A stretch of DNA of 64,000 nucleotides, taken from assembly GCA_028281495.1 (NCBI GenBank), contig JANQJU010000095.1:25206-89205 (forward strand), written 5' to 3'. A program made the position numbers and the translations under genes. Below, in pieces: positions 53,777 to 63,773 of the stretch (positions within the stretch are counted from its first letter, which is position 1; each line of letters opens with the position of its first letter). The stretch comes from SAR324 cluster bacterium (lineage in GTDB: Bacteria > SAR324 > NAC60-12). Under the pieces are notes generated by a model that was not told the DNA's origin, made no database searches, and was given only the letters and a program-made list of their open reading frames with translations.

Positions 53777-54931
53777 ATGTTCAAAATTTTGTTTATATGG
53801 ATATGTCGACTGTTGATGTTTGAACGGATTCTTGTGCAAGAAAATCAACGTGTACTGGTGTTTCGAGATGGAACGTTCCTTAAAATTCTATCGCCAGGCA
53901 CCTATTGGTTTTTTAAGGCACTTCATGAATTGACCTTTGAAAATCACGATATCACGCAACCTCAATTTTGTAGTGAATGGACCGATGTATTGTTGAAAAA
54001 TCACAAAGATGAAGTAGCGGATTGTTTGACCTGGGTTGATATTCTGGATCATCAGGTCGCGCTCGTTTCATTGAACGGAAAGGCTTATGAACTGCTTCCT
54101 TTAGGAGCACGTCGGGCTTATTGGACTGTGATGCATGAGCTTGATTTTGAGGTGATTGACACGTCGCAGAATCTGCAGGTGCCTCCTGAAAAAGTACCTA
54201 CACTGATGCGACTGAGGTCCAATCATTTCAGCTGGCACATTGTTACTGAAAACAGTGTAGGGTTGCTGTTTGTCAATGGTCAACTGACTCAACAATTGGG
54301 GCCTGGAGGTTATGCGTTTTGGAAAACTGGGTTAGAGCTACGGTTCGAAATTCTAGATTTGCGGGTGCAGCAAGTTGAAGTGGTTGGACAAGAAATTTTG
54401 ACCAAAGATCGTGTCAGCTTACGAGTGAATTTGACCGCGCATTACCAAGTGATGGATCCGGTTAAAGCCAAAACTCAGGTGGTTGGTTATTCCGATATGC
54501 TTTACAAATACTTACAGTTCGGTTTGCGTGAAGCGATTGGTGGCCGAAATTTGGACGAACTCTTGTTGGATAAAAACCAACTCAACGAAGTCGTTTTCTC
54601 CACAGCTAAAAACCAAATTGAAGCGTGTGGCGTGGAGTTAAAAGCGGTAGGTATCAAGGACATCATTTTGCCTGGCGAAATCCGGGACATCATGAACCAA
54701 GTGGTTGAAGCACAAAAGCGTGCCGAAGCCAACTTGATCAAAAGGCGTGAAGAAACCGCTGCTACCCGATCCTTGCTCAACACAGCTAAGTTGATGCAGG
54801 ACAATCCCACGTTGCTGCGCCTCAAGGAGCTAGAAGCGCTAGAAAAGGTAACGGATAAAATCGACAACCTGCATGTCTATAATGGGGTCGAGGGATTGAT
54901 GAATAACTTGGTCCCTTTGGCTAAATCGTAA
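53777..54931 (+). CDS. SPFH/band-7 (stomatin/prohibitin-like) domain protein with an N-terminal SPFH-like duplication
   Basis: ATG at 53777 after AAAGGAGG is preferred to the tracked 53726. The N-terminal TM helix is followed by VQENQRVLVFRDGTF..LSPGTYWFF and again by VTENSVGLLFVNGQL..LGPGGYAFWK. The canonical SPFH core is ILTKDRVSLRVNLTAHYQVMDP...REAIGGRNLDELL, with a coiled-coil tail. Confidence 0.75.
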   Translation: MFKILFIWICRLLMFERILVQENQRVLVFRDGTFLKILSPGTYWFFKALHELTFENHDITQPQFCSEWTDVLLKNHKDEVADCLTWVDILDHQVALVSLNGKAYELLPLGARRAYWTVMHELDFEVIDTSQNLQVPPEKVPTLMRLRSNHFSWHIVTENSVGLLFVNGQLTQQLGPGGYAFWKTGLELRFEILDLRVQQVEVVGQEILTKDRVSLRVNLTAHYQVMDPVKAKTQVVGYSDMLYKYLQFGLREAIGGRNLDELLLDKNQLNEVVFSTAKNQIEACGVELKAVGIKDIILPGEIRDIMNQVVEAQKRAEANLIKRREETAATRSLLNTAKLMQDNPTLLRLKELEALEKVTDKIDNLHVYNGVEGLMNNLVPLAKS

Positions 54932-54945
54932 CTTAACAAGAGCGT

Positions 54946-54973
54946 GGGTTTTCACATCAATTTGTGAAAATCC
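54946..54973. terminator. 11-bp stem hairpin GGGTTTTCACA-TCAATT-TGTGAAAATCC between convergent genes
   Basis: Lies 15 nt after the SPFH stop and ~120 nt after the TIR gene stop on the other strand. One G:T pair, and no strong T-run follows, so terminator function is uncertain. Confidence 0.35.
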
Positions 54974-55094
54974 ATGTTCTTACCCTTGAAATCGACTTTA
55001 CCCTCGAAATGAAATGCGGTCGCCCTGGAAGACGTTATCAATTCACTTGCGGTAGTATGTGAAATTAGAAAGGAGTGGCAATTTTTGTTAAGCA

Positions 55095-56492
55095 TTATTT
55101 ATTCTTTACCCTTAGAGATTTAAGCAAACGCTCCTTTGCATTTTCGTACTGGCTATCATTTCTCCAATTTGAAAAATCTGCGACATGTTGCTGTTTAAAA
55201 AGCATCTTCACCCAGGCTAATTGCGATCTTAGCACCGAATCATCCAATCGAATCGGTAATATATTTGATTTTCCTTGAGCAGCCCAATGGTATTCCTTTG
55301 AGACCCATTCGCTTTTTATAGAATGCCTTGAAAGTATGACAAGAAACACCTTACTACGTTGAATCTCTGCCAGAATCGTTTCTTTTAGATAATCTCCTCC
55401 GTAAAGATCATTGTACCAACAGTTCACACCACCGAGAGTCAGGTCAGCATATAGCCTATTGGTAAACTCTCTATCTTCTGAAGTATGGCTCATAAAACAA
55501 AAATCCCTTTCATGTATCTGAGCTTCATCTAATAGGATTGCATCCCTTAAATTAGCCTCACCAAATTCTGTTCGACGGACTTTTACCTTGCGTAAATCTG
55601 TCTTTGTCAACCTCGCTCCTGAAAGATTCGCTTGTCTTAGATCTGCTCCCTGAAGATTCGCGTGTTCCAAAATTGCGTTCTCGAAATCTGCGTGTAGGAG
55701 ACTTGAATTTCTGAAGTCTCCACCGCTCAAATCGACTTCCTTCAAAACGACTCTGTTCATGGTCGAATTTTGACATCTGGGAGGCTCTTCAAAATCTGCT
55801 TTTAAAAAGTTTGCCTCACTTAGATTGGCTTCTTCGAAATCTGTATTCATCAGGCGAGCACTTTCAAAGTTGGCTTCACCCAGGTACGCATATCTGAAAT
55901 CTGTATTCATCAGGCGAGCACTTTTAAAGTTTGCTTCACTCAGGTCCGCATATCTGAAATCTGTATTCATCAGGCGAGCACTTTCAAAGTTGGCTTTTTG
56001 AAGTTTCGCCTCACGAAAGTCTGCTCTATTGAGATTTGCTTCATAAAACCTAGAATCGTCCAAAATCGCTTTGACAAGGTCGGCTTCTTGAAGCATCGCC
56101 CCACTGAGATTAGTATTATTCAAATCTGTTCTAAAGAGAGTTGCATTACTGAGATCCGTATTACTCAATTCCGCATGACTTAAATTAGCTCCCTCCAGTT
56201 CAACACCCTGCAAGTTAGCATCACTAATATTTGCTTCACTGAGATTAGAGTCTTTCAAATCGGCACCACGAAAGTCAGCCCCTTGAAGATTAGCACCGCT
56301 GAGATTTGCTTCGTTTAATTTCCAATTGCTAAAATCCTTGTTTCTTAAATCTACCTTCTTGAGGTCAGCTATTTCTCCTTCTTCGCCTTCTGACTCAACC
56401 CATTCTTCATGTTTTTCGAGAATGAGTTCCAACTCTTCTGCAGAAATTTTTCGTAAATCAGCCACTGAATCTCTCAACTTGAGTTTTTCCAA
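55095..56492 (-). CDS. Pentapeptide-repeat protein with C-terminal TIR domain
   Basis: ~250 aa of A(D/N)LxG-type pentapeptide repeats (ANLSGANLQGADFRGADLKDSNLSEANISDANLQG...), then FMSHTSEDREFTNRLYADLTLGGVNCWYNDL...VFLVILSRHSIKSEWVSKEYHWA. This fits the TIR pattern, including the conserved Glu after S..W. Confidence 0.8.
   Translation of the reverse strand: MEKLKLRDSVADLRKISAEELELILEKHEEWVESEGEEGEIADLKKVDLRNKDFSNWKLNEANLSGANLQGADFRGADLKDSNLSEANISDANLQGVELEGANLSHAELSNTDLSNATLFRTDLNNTNLSGAMLQEADLVKAILDDSRFYEANLNRADFREAKLQKANFESARLMNTDFRYADLSEANFKSARLMNTDFRYAYLGEANFESARLMNTDFEEANLSEANFLKADFEEPPRCQNSTMNRVVLKEVDLSGGDFRNSSLLHADFENAILEHANLQGADLRQANLSGARLTKTDLRKVKVRRTEFGEANLRDAILLDEAQIHERDFCFMSHTSEDREFTNRLYADLTLGGVNCWYNDLYGGDYLKETILAEIQRSKVFLVILSRHSIKSEWVSKEYHWAAQGKSNILPIRLDDSVLRSQLAWVKMLFKQQHVADFSNWRNDSQYENAKERLLKSLRVKNK
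55838..55996 (-). repeat. Intragenic 60-bp tandem repeat, ~2.6 near-identical copies, encoding ESARLMNTDFRYA(D/Y)L(S/G)EANF(K/E)
   Basis: The sequence lines 55861, 55921 and 55981 are almost identical in register: ...AAATCTGTATTCATCAGGCGAGCACTTT(C/T)AAAGTT(G/T)GCTTCAC... Confidence 0.9.
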
Positions 56493-56586
56493 ACTACTAA
56501 GTAATAACGTAAGAATTGGGGATAACTCAAGCCGATCCGTAAATATTCAGAGTAACTATGAGAATGTCATTACATTAGAGTGAGTT

Positions 56587-59211
56587 ATGAATAAAGTTTA
56601 CGACCAGTATTGGGGGAAAGCAAAGTCTACCAAAACCGTTAGTCACCACCTATTTGCTTACCACAGCCTGGATGTGGTCGCAGTGGGAACCCGTTGGTGG
56701 GAAACGAGTGTTGCTTTGCGTAACGGGATGATTCGAGCGATGGGTGTCGATGAACCTCAAGCCAAGGCCTGGATGCAATTCTTTTTAGGGCTGCATGATT
56801 TAGGAAAGCTCGATTTTCGTTTCCAGCAGAAGGCTCCTCAGGTTGCAAAAAAACTGGGGCACTCGGTCGAGAACTCCAGAAAGCGTTCAAATTATGATCA
56901 CGGAGAATGGGGGTTCACTTGGTACCAACGCGAGCGGGAATCACGCTATGGTTTGCCCGAACGAAAGAGGGCTTATTGGATTCAATGGGGACGAGCCGTT
57001 ACCGGACATCATGGACGCTTTTATCAATGCGTTGACAAGAGCACGGTTGAAGGTCTCATGATCAACGAAGCCTCGCGAGATGTATGGAATAAAGATCAGT
57101 TGGCTCGCACTGAATGGTGTGAGGATTTGTATGAATGGTTTCTCGTTCCAGCAGGCCTCAGCAAAACATCGCTTTCCCCTCCCTGTCCCCACCAATTCGC
57201 TGGGTTTTGCTGCGTCTGTGATTGGCTTGGTTCCAATGAAACACCAGGTTTCTTTGAGTATGATGACCAACCCTATCCTGACTTGATGCAATACTTTCAG
57301 TCACGCTTTCCGATTGCTCAGCACAGTCTTCAAACAAGCGGTTTGTTCGTTCCCGCAGTGAACAAAGGGGGAGTTTCCTTAGTTCTTGAACAAGGCCAAT
57401 CTCCCCGAAAAGTGCAAAGTTTAGTGGAACAACTACCAGTGCAACCTGGATTGACCATCATCGAAGCTTCCACAGGTTCTGGCAAAACAGAGACGGCTCT
57501 GGGCTATGCAAGTATTCTCCTAGCAAACTCGCTTGCAGACAGTGTGATGATTGCCTTACCCACTCAAGCCACCGCCAACACTATGTTGGCACGAATGGAA
57601 AAGATCGCGCCCCGCTTGTTTCCAGTTCAAGTGAATTCTCCCCACTCACTCAGCAATCTGCTATTGGCACATGGAAAATCTAACTTCGAGCCGCGTTTTA
57701 TTGAACTCAAAAAGACGATGTATCGCAATACCGCTCAAGGGAAGGAGGAGGCTCTTACGCAATGTTCTCAATGGTTAGCTGAAAGCCGGAAGCGTGTGTT
57801 TTTAGGTCAAATTGGTGTCGGGACTATCGATCAGGTACTCATGTCGGTTTTACCAATTCGTCATCAATTTGTTCGTGGTTTCGGATTGCACAAAAGTGTG
57901 CTGATTGTGGATGAAGTTCATGCTTATGATTTTTATATGGTGGGGCTGTTGGAAGAAGTCTTAAAAAAGCAACGGGAAGCGGGCGGCAGTGCCATAATGC
58001 TATCGGCAACATTACCAGCGATACAAAAATCGGTTCTCTTAAAAGCTTGGAGCAGTAAGGAAGATGCATCGGCGAATTCGCCATATCCTCTGATTACTCA
58101 CGTCAATCAGGAAGGTAGGTTTCAAACATTTAAAATAGCAGACAAAGCTCAGGAAATAGCAGACAAAGTTCGCCAATCGCCATCGAATGGTATCAAACTG
58201 GAACGGTTGGTAACCTCCGATTGGCGATTGTCCCAACAACAAATGGATCGAGTACTTGAGGCCGCAACTTCCGGTGCTCATGTGGCAATTGTGCTGAATT
58301 TAGTTGATGAAGCTCAAAGACTTTTCAAACAACTGACACAACGAGTGAACGGACGGCCCATTGCTCTGGATTTATTTCATGCACGTTTTCGTTTCAAAGA
58401 TCGCCAAACTCGTGAACAGGCAGTGATCGAACATTACCAACCCCGTTCTATCCTCAAACCGGGGCGTATTCTGGTTGCTACTCAGGTCGTTGAACAAAGC
58501 CTCGATCTCGATTTCGATTGGCTCATCACTCATTTGTGCCCCGTTGATTTACTGTTTCAACGTATCGGGCGTTTGCATCGACACCAAACCACGAAACGTC
58601 CTCAGGGGTTTGAAAATCCGTTGTGTACGGTCATTTTAAATCAGGGAAACAATTATGGCCTCCACCAATTGATTTATGGAAATGCCTCTGTGTTATGGCG
58701 TACCAAGGAATTATTGAAATCGCATGATTGTTTAAAGTTCCCCTACATCTACCGACCTTGGATTGAGCAAGTGTATCAAGAGGATGCTTGGTCCGATGAA
58801 CCTGCTTCCATTCAAAAGCAAAAGGCCGAATTTTTAGTGGAACAGAAAACTCGAAACCAAACAGCAAAGCAACTGAGCCAAGAATGGTTTACGCCTTTGA
58901 AAGATAATGATCAAAACGCGGCATTACTGACACGTGATGGAGAAATGGGTCTCAATCTACTCTTGGGCAGAAACGACAATTCTTCATTTCAATTGTTGGA
59001 TGAGGACTGGGATAAGGCTTTTGTCAACGAGCAAATCAACCGCCATACGGTTGCGGTACCTGCCTCTTGGAAACGATTTTTACACGAACCAAAACAGGGA
59101 TTATATCACGTCTCGATGAAGCCCCACCCTGATATCGAATCGGAGTGGGCCAGCGATGAACTCAAGTTACGCTACAGCTCTGAGCGAGGGCTAGAAAGGG
59201 TCAATGGATGA
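56587..59211 (+). CDS. cas3: Type I-E Cas3 HD nuclease / SF2 helicase
   Basis: N-terminal HD domain (HHLFAYHSLDVVAV, GLHDLGKLDFRFQ), helicase motifs STGSGKTE (I) and VDEVHAYD (II). 874 aa, directly upstream of and overlapping cse1. Confidence 0.9.
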   Translation: MNKVYDQYWGKAKSTKTVSHHLFAYHSLDVVAVGTRWWETSVALRNGMIRAMGVDEPQAKAWMQFFLGLHDLGKLDFRFQQKAPQVAKKLGHSVENSRKRSNYDHGEWGFTWYQRERESRYGLPERKRAYWIQWGRAVTGHHGRFYQCVDKSTVEGLMINEASRDVWNKDQLARTEWCEDLYEWFLVPAGLSKTSLSPPCPHQFAGFCCVCDWLGSNETPGFFEYDDQPYPDLMQYFQSRFPIAQHSLQTSGLFVPAVNKGGVSLVLEQGQSPRKVQSLVEQLPVQPGLTIIEASTGSGKTETALGYASILLANSLADSVMIALPTQATANTMLARMEKIAPRLFPVQVNSPHSLSNLLLAHGKSNFEPRFIELKKTMYRNTAQGKEEALTQCSQWLAESRKRVFLGQIGVGTIDQVLMSVLPIRHQFVRGFGLHKSVLIVDEVHAYDFYMVGLLEEVLKKQREAGGSAIMLSATLPAIQKSVLLKAWSSKEDASANSPYPLITHVNQEGRFQTFKIADKAQEIADKVRQSPSNGIKLERLVTSDWRLSQQQMDRVLEAATSGAHVAIVLNLVDEAQRLFKQLTQRVNGRPIALDLFHARFRFKDRQTREQAVIEHYQPRSILKPGRILVATQVVEQSLDLDFDWLITHLCPVDLLFQRIGRLHRHQTTKRPQGFENPLCTVILNQGNNYGLHQLIYGNASVLWRTKELLKSHDCLKFPYIYRPWIEQVYQEDAWSDEPASIQKQKAEFLVEQKTRNQTAKQLSQEWFTPLKDNDQNAALLTRDGEMGLNLLLGRNDNSSFQLLDEDWDKAFVNEQINRHTVAVPASWKRFLHEPKQGLYHVSMKPHPDIESEWASDELKLRYSSERGLERVNG

Positions 59212-60674
59212 ATTTACTGACAGATGCTTGGATTCCAGTTCATGCACAAGGGCAACACACTCATCTCCATCTGGAAACCATTCTCACTGATGAAACATCG
59301 TGGGAGATCGACTTGCCTAGAGATGATTTGGAGTTGGCAGCCATTCAGCTTCTTAGCAGCCTAGTGCAATGCCTGTTGCCTCCTGAAGATCTGGACGATT
59401 GGGTAGAACGATTGAAAGCTCCGATTCCTACAGAAACCTACCGGCAAGCAATCAAACCTTTTCAGGAATGGTTTGATCTGAGCCATTCCCAATACCCGTT
59501 TATGCAATGCTTGGCCACCACTGCGAAAAACATTACTCCCATTCAAAAGCTCTTTGTCGGATTGCCAGAAGGCAACAATCACATTTTTTTTAACCGACCA
59601 GGTGAAGTCCAACTTGCTTGTTCCTCCTGTGTCGCCATCGCTCTCTTCAACCAAGCCTCCAATGCACCTAGTTTCGGAGGGGGGTTTAAGGATGGATTAA
59701 GAGGAGTGCCGATTTCTACAATGATTCGAGGCTACAACCTTCGTGAAACCTTGTGGTTGAATGTTCTATCTCTTCAGAAATTGCCGCTACCTTATGACCC
59801 AGAACAACCGGATGAACCGGTGTGGGTGAGTCCTATTGAACAAAATTCAAAATTCTCGGCGGCTTCTATTGGGTGGGTTCGAGGGCTGTTTTGGCAGCCG
59901 CATCACCTCCGGTTGAATTCTCCTCAGCAAGGAGCATGTGACGTGTGTCAAACTCAAAATACGGACGTGTTTTCTGGTTTCCTGAAGGAAAGATTCAAAT
60001 TTAGTTTGGAGGGCACCTGGAAGCATCCCTACAGCCCCAGTGAGTGGAAAAAGTCGAACGACAAAGAAACTAACTATCTTTCTTTTCGGAAAAATATCCC
60101 AGCCTGGACTCACTTGGATCGTTTTCTGGTTCCCCATCAGAAAACGAACGAAAAATTCGGATCAACCCCAGCTTTGGTCGTGGATCAATTCAAAGAGGGG
60201 CTTGCAGGTGAACGACATCTAAGCCTGATTGTTGGAGGATATCGGAATAAGCAAGCCTCGATCCTGCAACGTCGTCACACCCTTTTTGATCTCTCTGAAG
60301 GATGGATAGATAAAGGAGAATGGGGCCTCGTGGAGAAATTCATCAGCATCATTTTAGGCATCAAGAAATTGCTCACGAACTACCTTTATGGCGTGGGTAA
60401 AAAAGTGGGTTCCCAAGGTTTATCCGAAACGGCAGAAAGGCAATTTTACTTCCGCACAGAACCCATGATCCACGAGATTCTTCGTTCGTTTCAGAGGGAT
60501 TCATGGAGCGAGACTTCCACCCAATTTTTCCAACAATTGGAAATACTTGTGAATGAACTTTATGACGCCACTGTAAAACCCTTCGAGCGGAATGAAAAAC
60601 ATTTGAAAATTATTGTCGTGACCAAGGCTCGGTTCCAGCTTGCCTTAAAACGACTTCGAAAGGAGGCACTTTGA
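59208..60674 (+). CDS. cas8e: Cascade large subunit Cse1/Cas8e (CasA)
   Basis: MNLLTDAWIPV..., LPRDDLELAA, YPFMQ and CVAIALFNQASNAPSFGGGFKDGLRG closely parallel E. coli CasA as I recall it (MNLLIDNWIPV, LPRDDMELAA, CTAIALFNQANQAPGFGGGFKSGLRG). Confidence 0.9.
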   Translation: MNLLTDAWIPVHAQGQHTHLHLETILTDETSWEIDLPRDDLELAAIQLLSSLVQCLLPPEDLDDWVERLKAPIPTETYRQAIKPFQEWFDLSHSQYPFMQCLATTAKNITPIQKLFVGLPEGNNHIFFNRPGEVQLACSSCVAIALFNQASNAPSFGGGFKDGLRGVPISTMIRGYNLRETLWLNVLSLQKLPLPYDPEQPDEPVWVSPIEQNSKFSAASIGWVRGLFWQPHHLRLNSPQQGACDVCQTQNTDVFSGFLKERFKFSLEGTWKHPYSPSEWKKSNDKETNYLSFRKNIPAWTHLDRFLVPHQKTNEKFGSTPALVVDQFKEGLAGERHLSLIVGGYRNKQASILQRRHTLFDLSEGWIDKGEWGLVEKFISIILGIKKLLTNYLYGVGKKVGSQGLSETAERQFYFRTEPMIHEILRSFQRDSWSETSTQFFQQLEILVNELYDATVKPFERNEKHLKIIVVTKARFQLALKRLRKEAL

Positions 60675-61222
60675 GCACCCTATCTTCAACTACAATGATC
60701 GAACAAAACAAAGCGGCTGAATCCCAATATAATGAACTCTGGCGACGTTTTCATGAGTTCAACCCCAAAGTAAGAGCCGAAATCAGGCGGGTACGCACCT
60801 ACGAAGATTTAGGAAACGTTCCTTCATTTTATCATCTATTTTTTGGACTCAAATTTCCCTATAGCGATCAATGGCATCGTATCGTCTACTTCTTCCCCTA
60901 CCTTGACGAAACGAGTGCCGTTGATGGGCTGTACCGCCCTTTAGGTCGTCAATTTCTGGATCATAAGATCAGCGAATCTCGAATCGTTCAGCTAGTGCGG
61001 GCAGATCATCCCCAAGATATGGATTATCTACGACGTTTGATTCAACACGCGCAACCCGTTGCCAATTGGCGGAACTTTGGTTCGCTCCTTTACTACTGGG
61101 GCAAATCCAATGCACGAAAGATCCTTCAGGACTACTGCTTAGCAGCTGTCGCGCTCGACGATCAGTCCCGTGAATACCAAAACCAGAAATCCCCATCCCA
61201 GCAAGGAGAATCTCATGACTGA
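60671..61222 (+). CDS. cse2: Cascade small subunit Cse2/Cas11e (CasB)
   Basis: 183 aa. IRRVRTYEDLGNVPSFYHL and RIVQLVRADHPQDMDYLRRLIQHAQPVANW parallel E. coli CasB (IRRVSEPDELRDIPAFYRL, RIFQLIRADRTADMVQLRRLLTHAEPVLDW). Confidence 0.85.
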   Translation: MSTLSSTTMIEQNKAAESQYNELWRRFHEFNPKVRAEIRRVRTYEDLGNVPSFYHLFFGLKFPYSDQWHRIVYFFPYLDETSAVDGLYRPLGRQFLDHKISESRIVQLVRADHPQDMDYLRRLIQHAQPVANWRNFGSLLYYWGKSNARKILQDYCLAAVALDDQSREYQNQKSPSQQGESHD

Positions 61223-62330
61223 AAACCAGCCATTAAAGAACTTTGTCAATATCCACATTTTGATTTCTCACAGCCCATCTTGTTTGAACCGAGACGATAT
61301 GAACATGCAAAAAGCTGCTGTGTTTGGTGGCGTTAAGCGCACCAGAATTTCTAGTCAAAGCCTCAAACGCTCCATACGACACAGCGATTATTACCGACAG
61401 CATTTGGGAGATCCATCAATTCGGACACGAGAGTTAGGGGTAATGCGTCAAAAAATTATTGAGGCATTAGGGAACAAATATTCGGAAGACATAGTAACCC
61501 AAACGTTACAAGAGCTGACGGACAAAACGGAGATGGAAGCGACAACTCGTGCTGATGCGGTCGCGCCTTGGGTCATCTCAGAAATTGATCAATTGTGTCG
61601 TATTGTTCAAGCCAGTGAAGGGGATGCAAAACAATTGAAGCAACTGCTCAACACCAATGCCGAAACGCTCAGGGAAAGTCTCAAGTCAGGTGGCATTGAT
61701 GTGGCACTTTCAGGGCGCATGGCAGCGAAAGGCAAACTGAGCAATGTAGACGGTGCAATGGCTGTGGCTCATTCCATCACAACCCATGCATCAGAGCCGG
61801 AAATTGACTGGTTTACGGCAGTGGATGATTTGGCAAGTGAACAAGGAGAAACTGGTTCAGGACATTTGGATACACAAGAATTCAGTGCAGGAGTGTTTTA
61901 CCGATATGCCAGTATCAACCTGAGACAGTTACAGAAAAATTTGGGAAATACAGATCGTTCCTTCGTACTTTCGGTTGCTGCTCACGTGGTCCATCTTATG
62001 GCCACCGTTGTACCCTCGGCGAAACAAAATAGTTTCGGTGCCTACAATTTGGCTGACTTTGTGATGGTGAACTTAGGGCATCAACCCATTTCCTTAGCAA
62101 ATGCGTTTGAATCTCCAATTAATAGCAAAAAAGAGGGATACTTGGGTGCTTCCATCCAAGCTTTGGAATCTTATTGGAATGATGTTTCGAAAGGATATGG
62201 TTTGGAAGATCAAATGGCCTCATTTAGCCTGAATCAGAAATCGAAGTCCTCTCGATTTCAAGCCATCCAAGAATTGGAAAACTGGCTCCGTGCCGATGGA
62301 CAATCTTCTCTCCCTTCTCAAGATCAGTAG
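61215..62330 (+). CDS. cas7: Cascade backbone subunit Cas7e (CasC)
   Basis: ATG at 61215 after AAGGAGAA overlaps the cse2 stop. FVNIHILISHSPSCLNRDDMNMQKAAVFGGVKRTRISSQSLKRSIR is nearly identical to the E. coli CasC N-terminus as I recall it. Confidence 0.9.
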   Translation: MTENQPLKNFVNIHILISHSPSCLNRDDMNMQKAAVFGGVKRTRISSQSLKRSIRHSDYYRQHLGDPSIRTRELGVMRQKIIEALGNKYSEDIVTQTLQELTDKTEMEATTRADAVAPWVISEIDQLCRIVQASEGDAKQLKQLLNTNAETLRESLKSGGIDVALSGRMAAKGKLSNVDGAMAVAHSITTHASEPEIDWFTAVDDLASEQGETGSGHLDTQEFSAGVFYRYASINLRQLQKNLGNTDRSFVLSVAAHVVHLMATVVPSAKQNSFGAYNLADFVMVNLGHQPISLANAFESPINSKKEGYLGASIQALESYWNDVSKGYGLEDQMASFSLNQKSKSSRFQAIQELENWLRADGQSSLPSQDQ

Positions 62331-62338
62331 GAGGTCCA

Positions 62339-63016
62339 ATGAACACCTATCTAATCCTACGTCTCCAAGGACCTATGCAGTCCTGGGGGGATCATACATT
62401 TGAAGATTTTCGTCCCTCTCATCCCTTTCCAACTCGCAGTGGCCTCACCGGCTTATTGGGAGCATGCTTGGGCATCGACCGAGCAGAAACACAAGCTCAT
62501 GCCGAACTTTCTGCCAGTTTCGCTATGGCGGTGCGGAGCAATCAAACCATGACCAAACTTGAAGACTTTCACACTGTTTTTGATGTCGAACGCGTGAGTG
62601 GACCACCAAGGAAACACCCTGTGGTTTCAAGACGGGAATATTTGTGTGATGCATCGTTTTCCGTCGCCATGCGGTTCTATGACAATGCTGTGTTCCGTTT
62701 AGAACAAGTGAAATCCGCTATTCAAGCTCCTTACTACACCCCCACCTTAGGGAGGCGATCATGCCCACTCGCAGTCCCATTATTAGAGCGAGAACACGGG
62801 GGAGAAGTCCAAGCCCCAGATGTATTGCAGGCGTTTGCACTAATTCCGCCTCAGCAGGGTATTGTGTATTTCGAGCCTTCAGAAATTCCGGAAAGTCTGC
62901 AACTAAAACCGCCTCAATTAGCACTTCGCGATGTTCCGTCGCCTCAAGGGATAAGGCAGTTTGCCAAGCGAACAGTATGTATCTATCAATCAGGCGAAGA
63001 TCGTACATCTCATTAA
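62339..63016 (+). CDS. cas5: Cascade subunit Cas5e (CasD)
   Basis: MNTYLILRLQGPMQSWGDHTFEDFRPSHPFPTRSGLTGLLGACLGIDR parallels E. coli CasD (MRSYLILRLAGPMQAWGQPTFEGTRPTGRFPTRSGLLGLLGACLGIQR). Confidence 0.9.
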   Translation: MNTYLILRLQGPMQSWGDHTFEDFRPSHPFPTRSGLTGLLGACLGIDRAETQAHAELSASFAMAVRSNQTMTKLEDFHTVFDVERVSGPPRKHPVVSRREYLCDASFSVAMRFYDNAVFRLEQVKSAIQAPYYTPTLGRRSCPLAVPLLEREHGGEVQAPDVLQAFALIPPQQGIVYFEPSEIPESLQLKPPQLALRDVPSPQGIRQFAKRTVCIYQSGEDRTSH

Positions 63017-63026
63017 AAAAGGAGGA

Positions 63027-63773
63027 ATGATGCCTATTTTATATTTGAGCCAAATTGTACTGTCTGGTCCTCAACGGAGGAAACTCCAGACCGCCAATAG
63101 TTATGAGTTACATCAATTACTGCGGAAAGCTTTCCATACAGGGAATGAGAGGCAGACTCGAAACTTCTTGTATCGGGCAGACCACAAACCACATCACACT
63201 CATATCTTGGTGCATTCCCAAAACGAACCGGATTGGAGCCAAATTTTTAACCCTACTGAATGGGAAGTAAAATGCTACACACCCCAATTTCGAGAAGGGC
63301 AAGCCTTCTCTTTTTATCTCCGAGCCAATGCCGTGATTGCGGAAAGGAAGTTACCGGGCCAACGTTCTAAAAAACGCCCGCTAACTGCTACCGAATACCT
63401 TCACCGAGTTTGGTATTCGTCTAAGGGAGAAATCGAATCCATGGAACACAATCAAGGTTGGATTTTTCGACAAAGTAAGCAACATGGATTTTCACTAATA
63501 GATGTTGATACCTTGGGACAGGCGTTGGCTTCCGGTGTCAAAACATTCAAAAATCTCAAACACCATGCTCTTTCTCAACAATACAATAGTGAAACAAACC
63601 ATTGCCAAGCTTCCCACTCATCATCCGCTCCAAATTTTATCCGACACACTGGACAGAATCTACGAGGCACTTTGCAGATAACTGATGTGGAAAAATTTGG
63701 GTCCATCTATGTGTCAGGTTTGGGACGAGGTAAAGCTTTTGGGTTTGGTATGTTGAGTCTGTTAAGACGATAA
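63027..63773 (+). CDS. cas6e: Cas6e (CasE) crRNA endoribonuclease, longer than the E. coli protein
   Basis: Start at ATGATG (63027/63030) after AAAAGGAGG. ILYLSQIVLS..YELHQLLRKAF parallels MYLSKVIIAR..YQLHQGLWHLF. The C-terminus GLGRGKAFGFGMLSL matches the Cas6e glycine-rich loop. An extra ~45-aa Ser/His/Gln-rich segment precedes the last strand. Confidence 0.85.
   Translation: MMPILYLSQIVLSGPQRRKLQTANSYELHQLLRKAFHTGNERQTRNFLYRADHKPHHTHILVHSQNEPDWSQIFNPTEWEVKCYTPQFREGQAFSFYLRANAVIAERKLPGQRSKKRPLTATEYLHRVWYSSKGEIESMEHNQGWIFRQSKQHGFSLIDVDTLGQALASGVKTFKNLKHHALSQQYNSETNHCQASHSSSAPNFIRHTGQNLRGTLQITDVEKFGSIYVSGLGRGKAFGFGMLSLLRR

Noticed and set aside
55838-55996. Regularly spaced 60-bp repeats near cas3 that could be mistaken for a CRISPR array.
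   Set aside because: The units are contiguous with no unique spacers, lie in frame within the pentapeptide-repeat ORF, and encode repeated ..ARLMNTDFRYA.L.EANF.. peptide units.
61170-61214. Tracked upstream starts for cas7 (61170) and cas6e (62961).
   Set aside because: Both extensions lie inside the preceding cas gene in another frame. The downstream ATGs have strong Shine-Dalgarno sequences, and the proteins then begin where the E. coli homologues begin.
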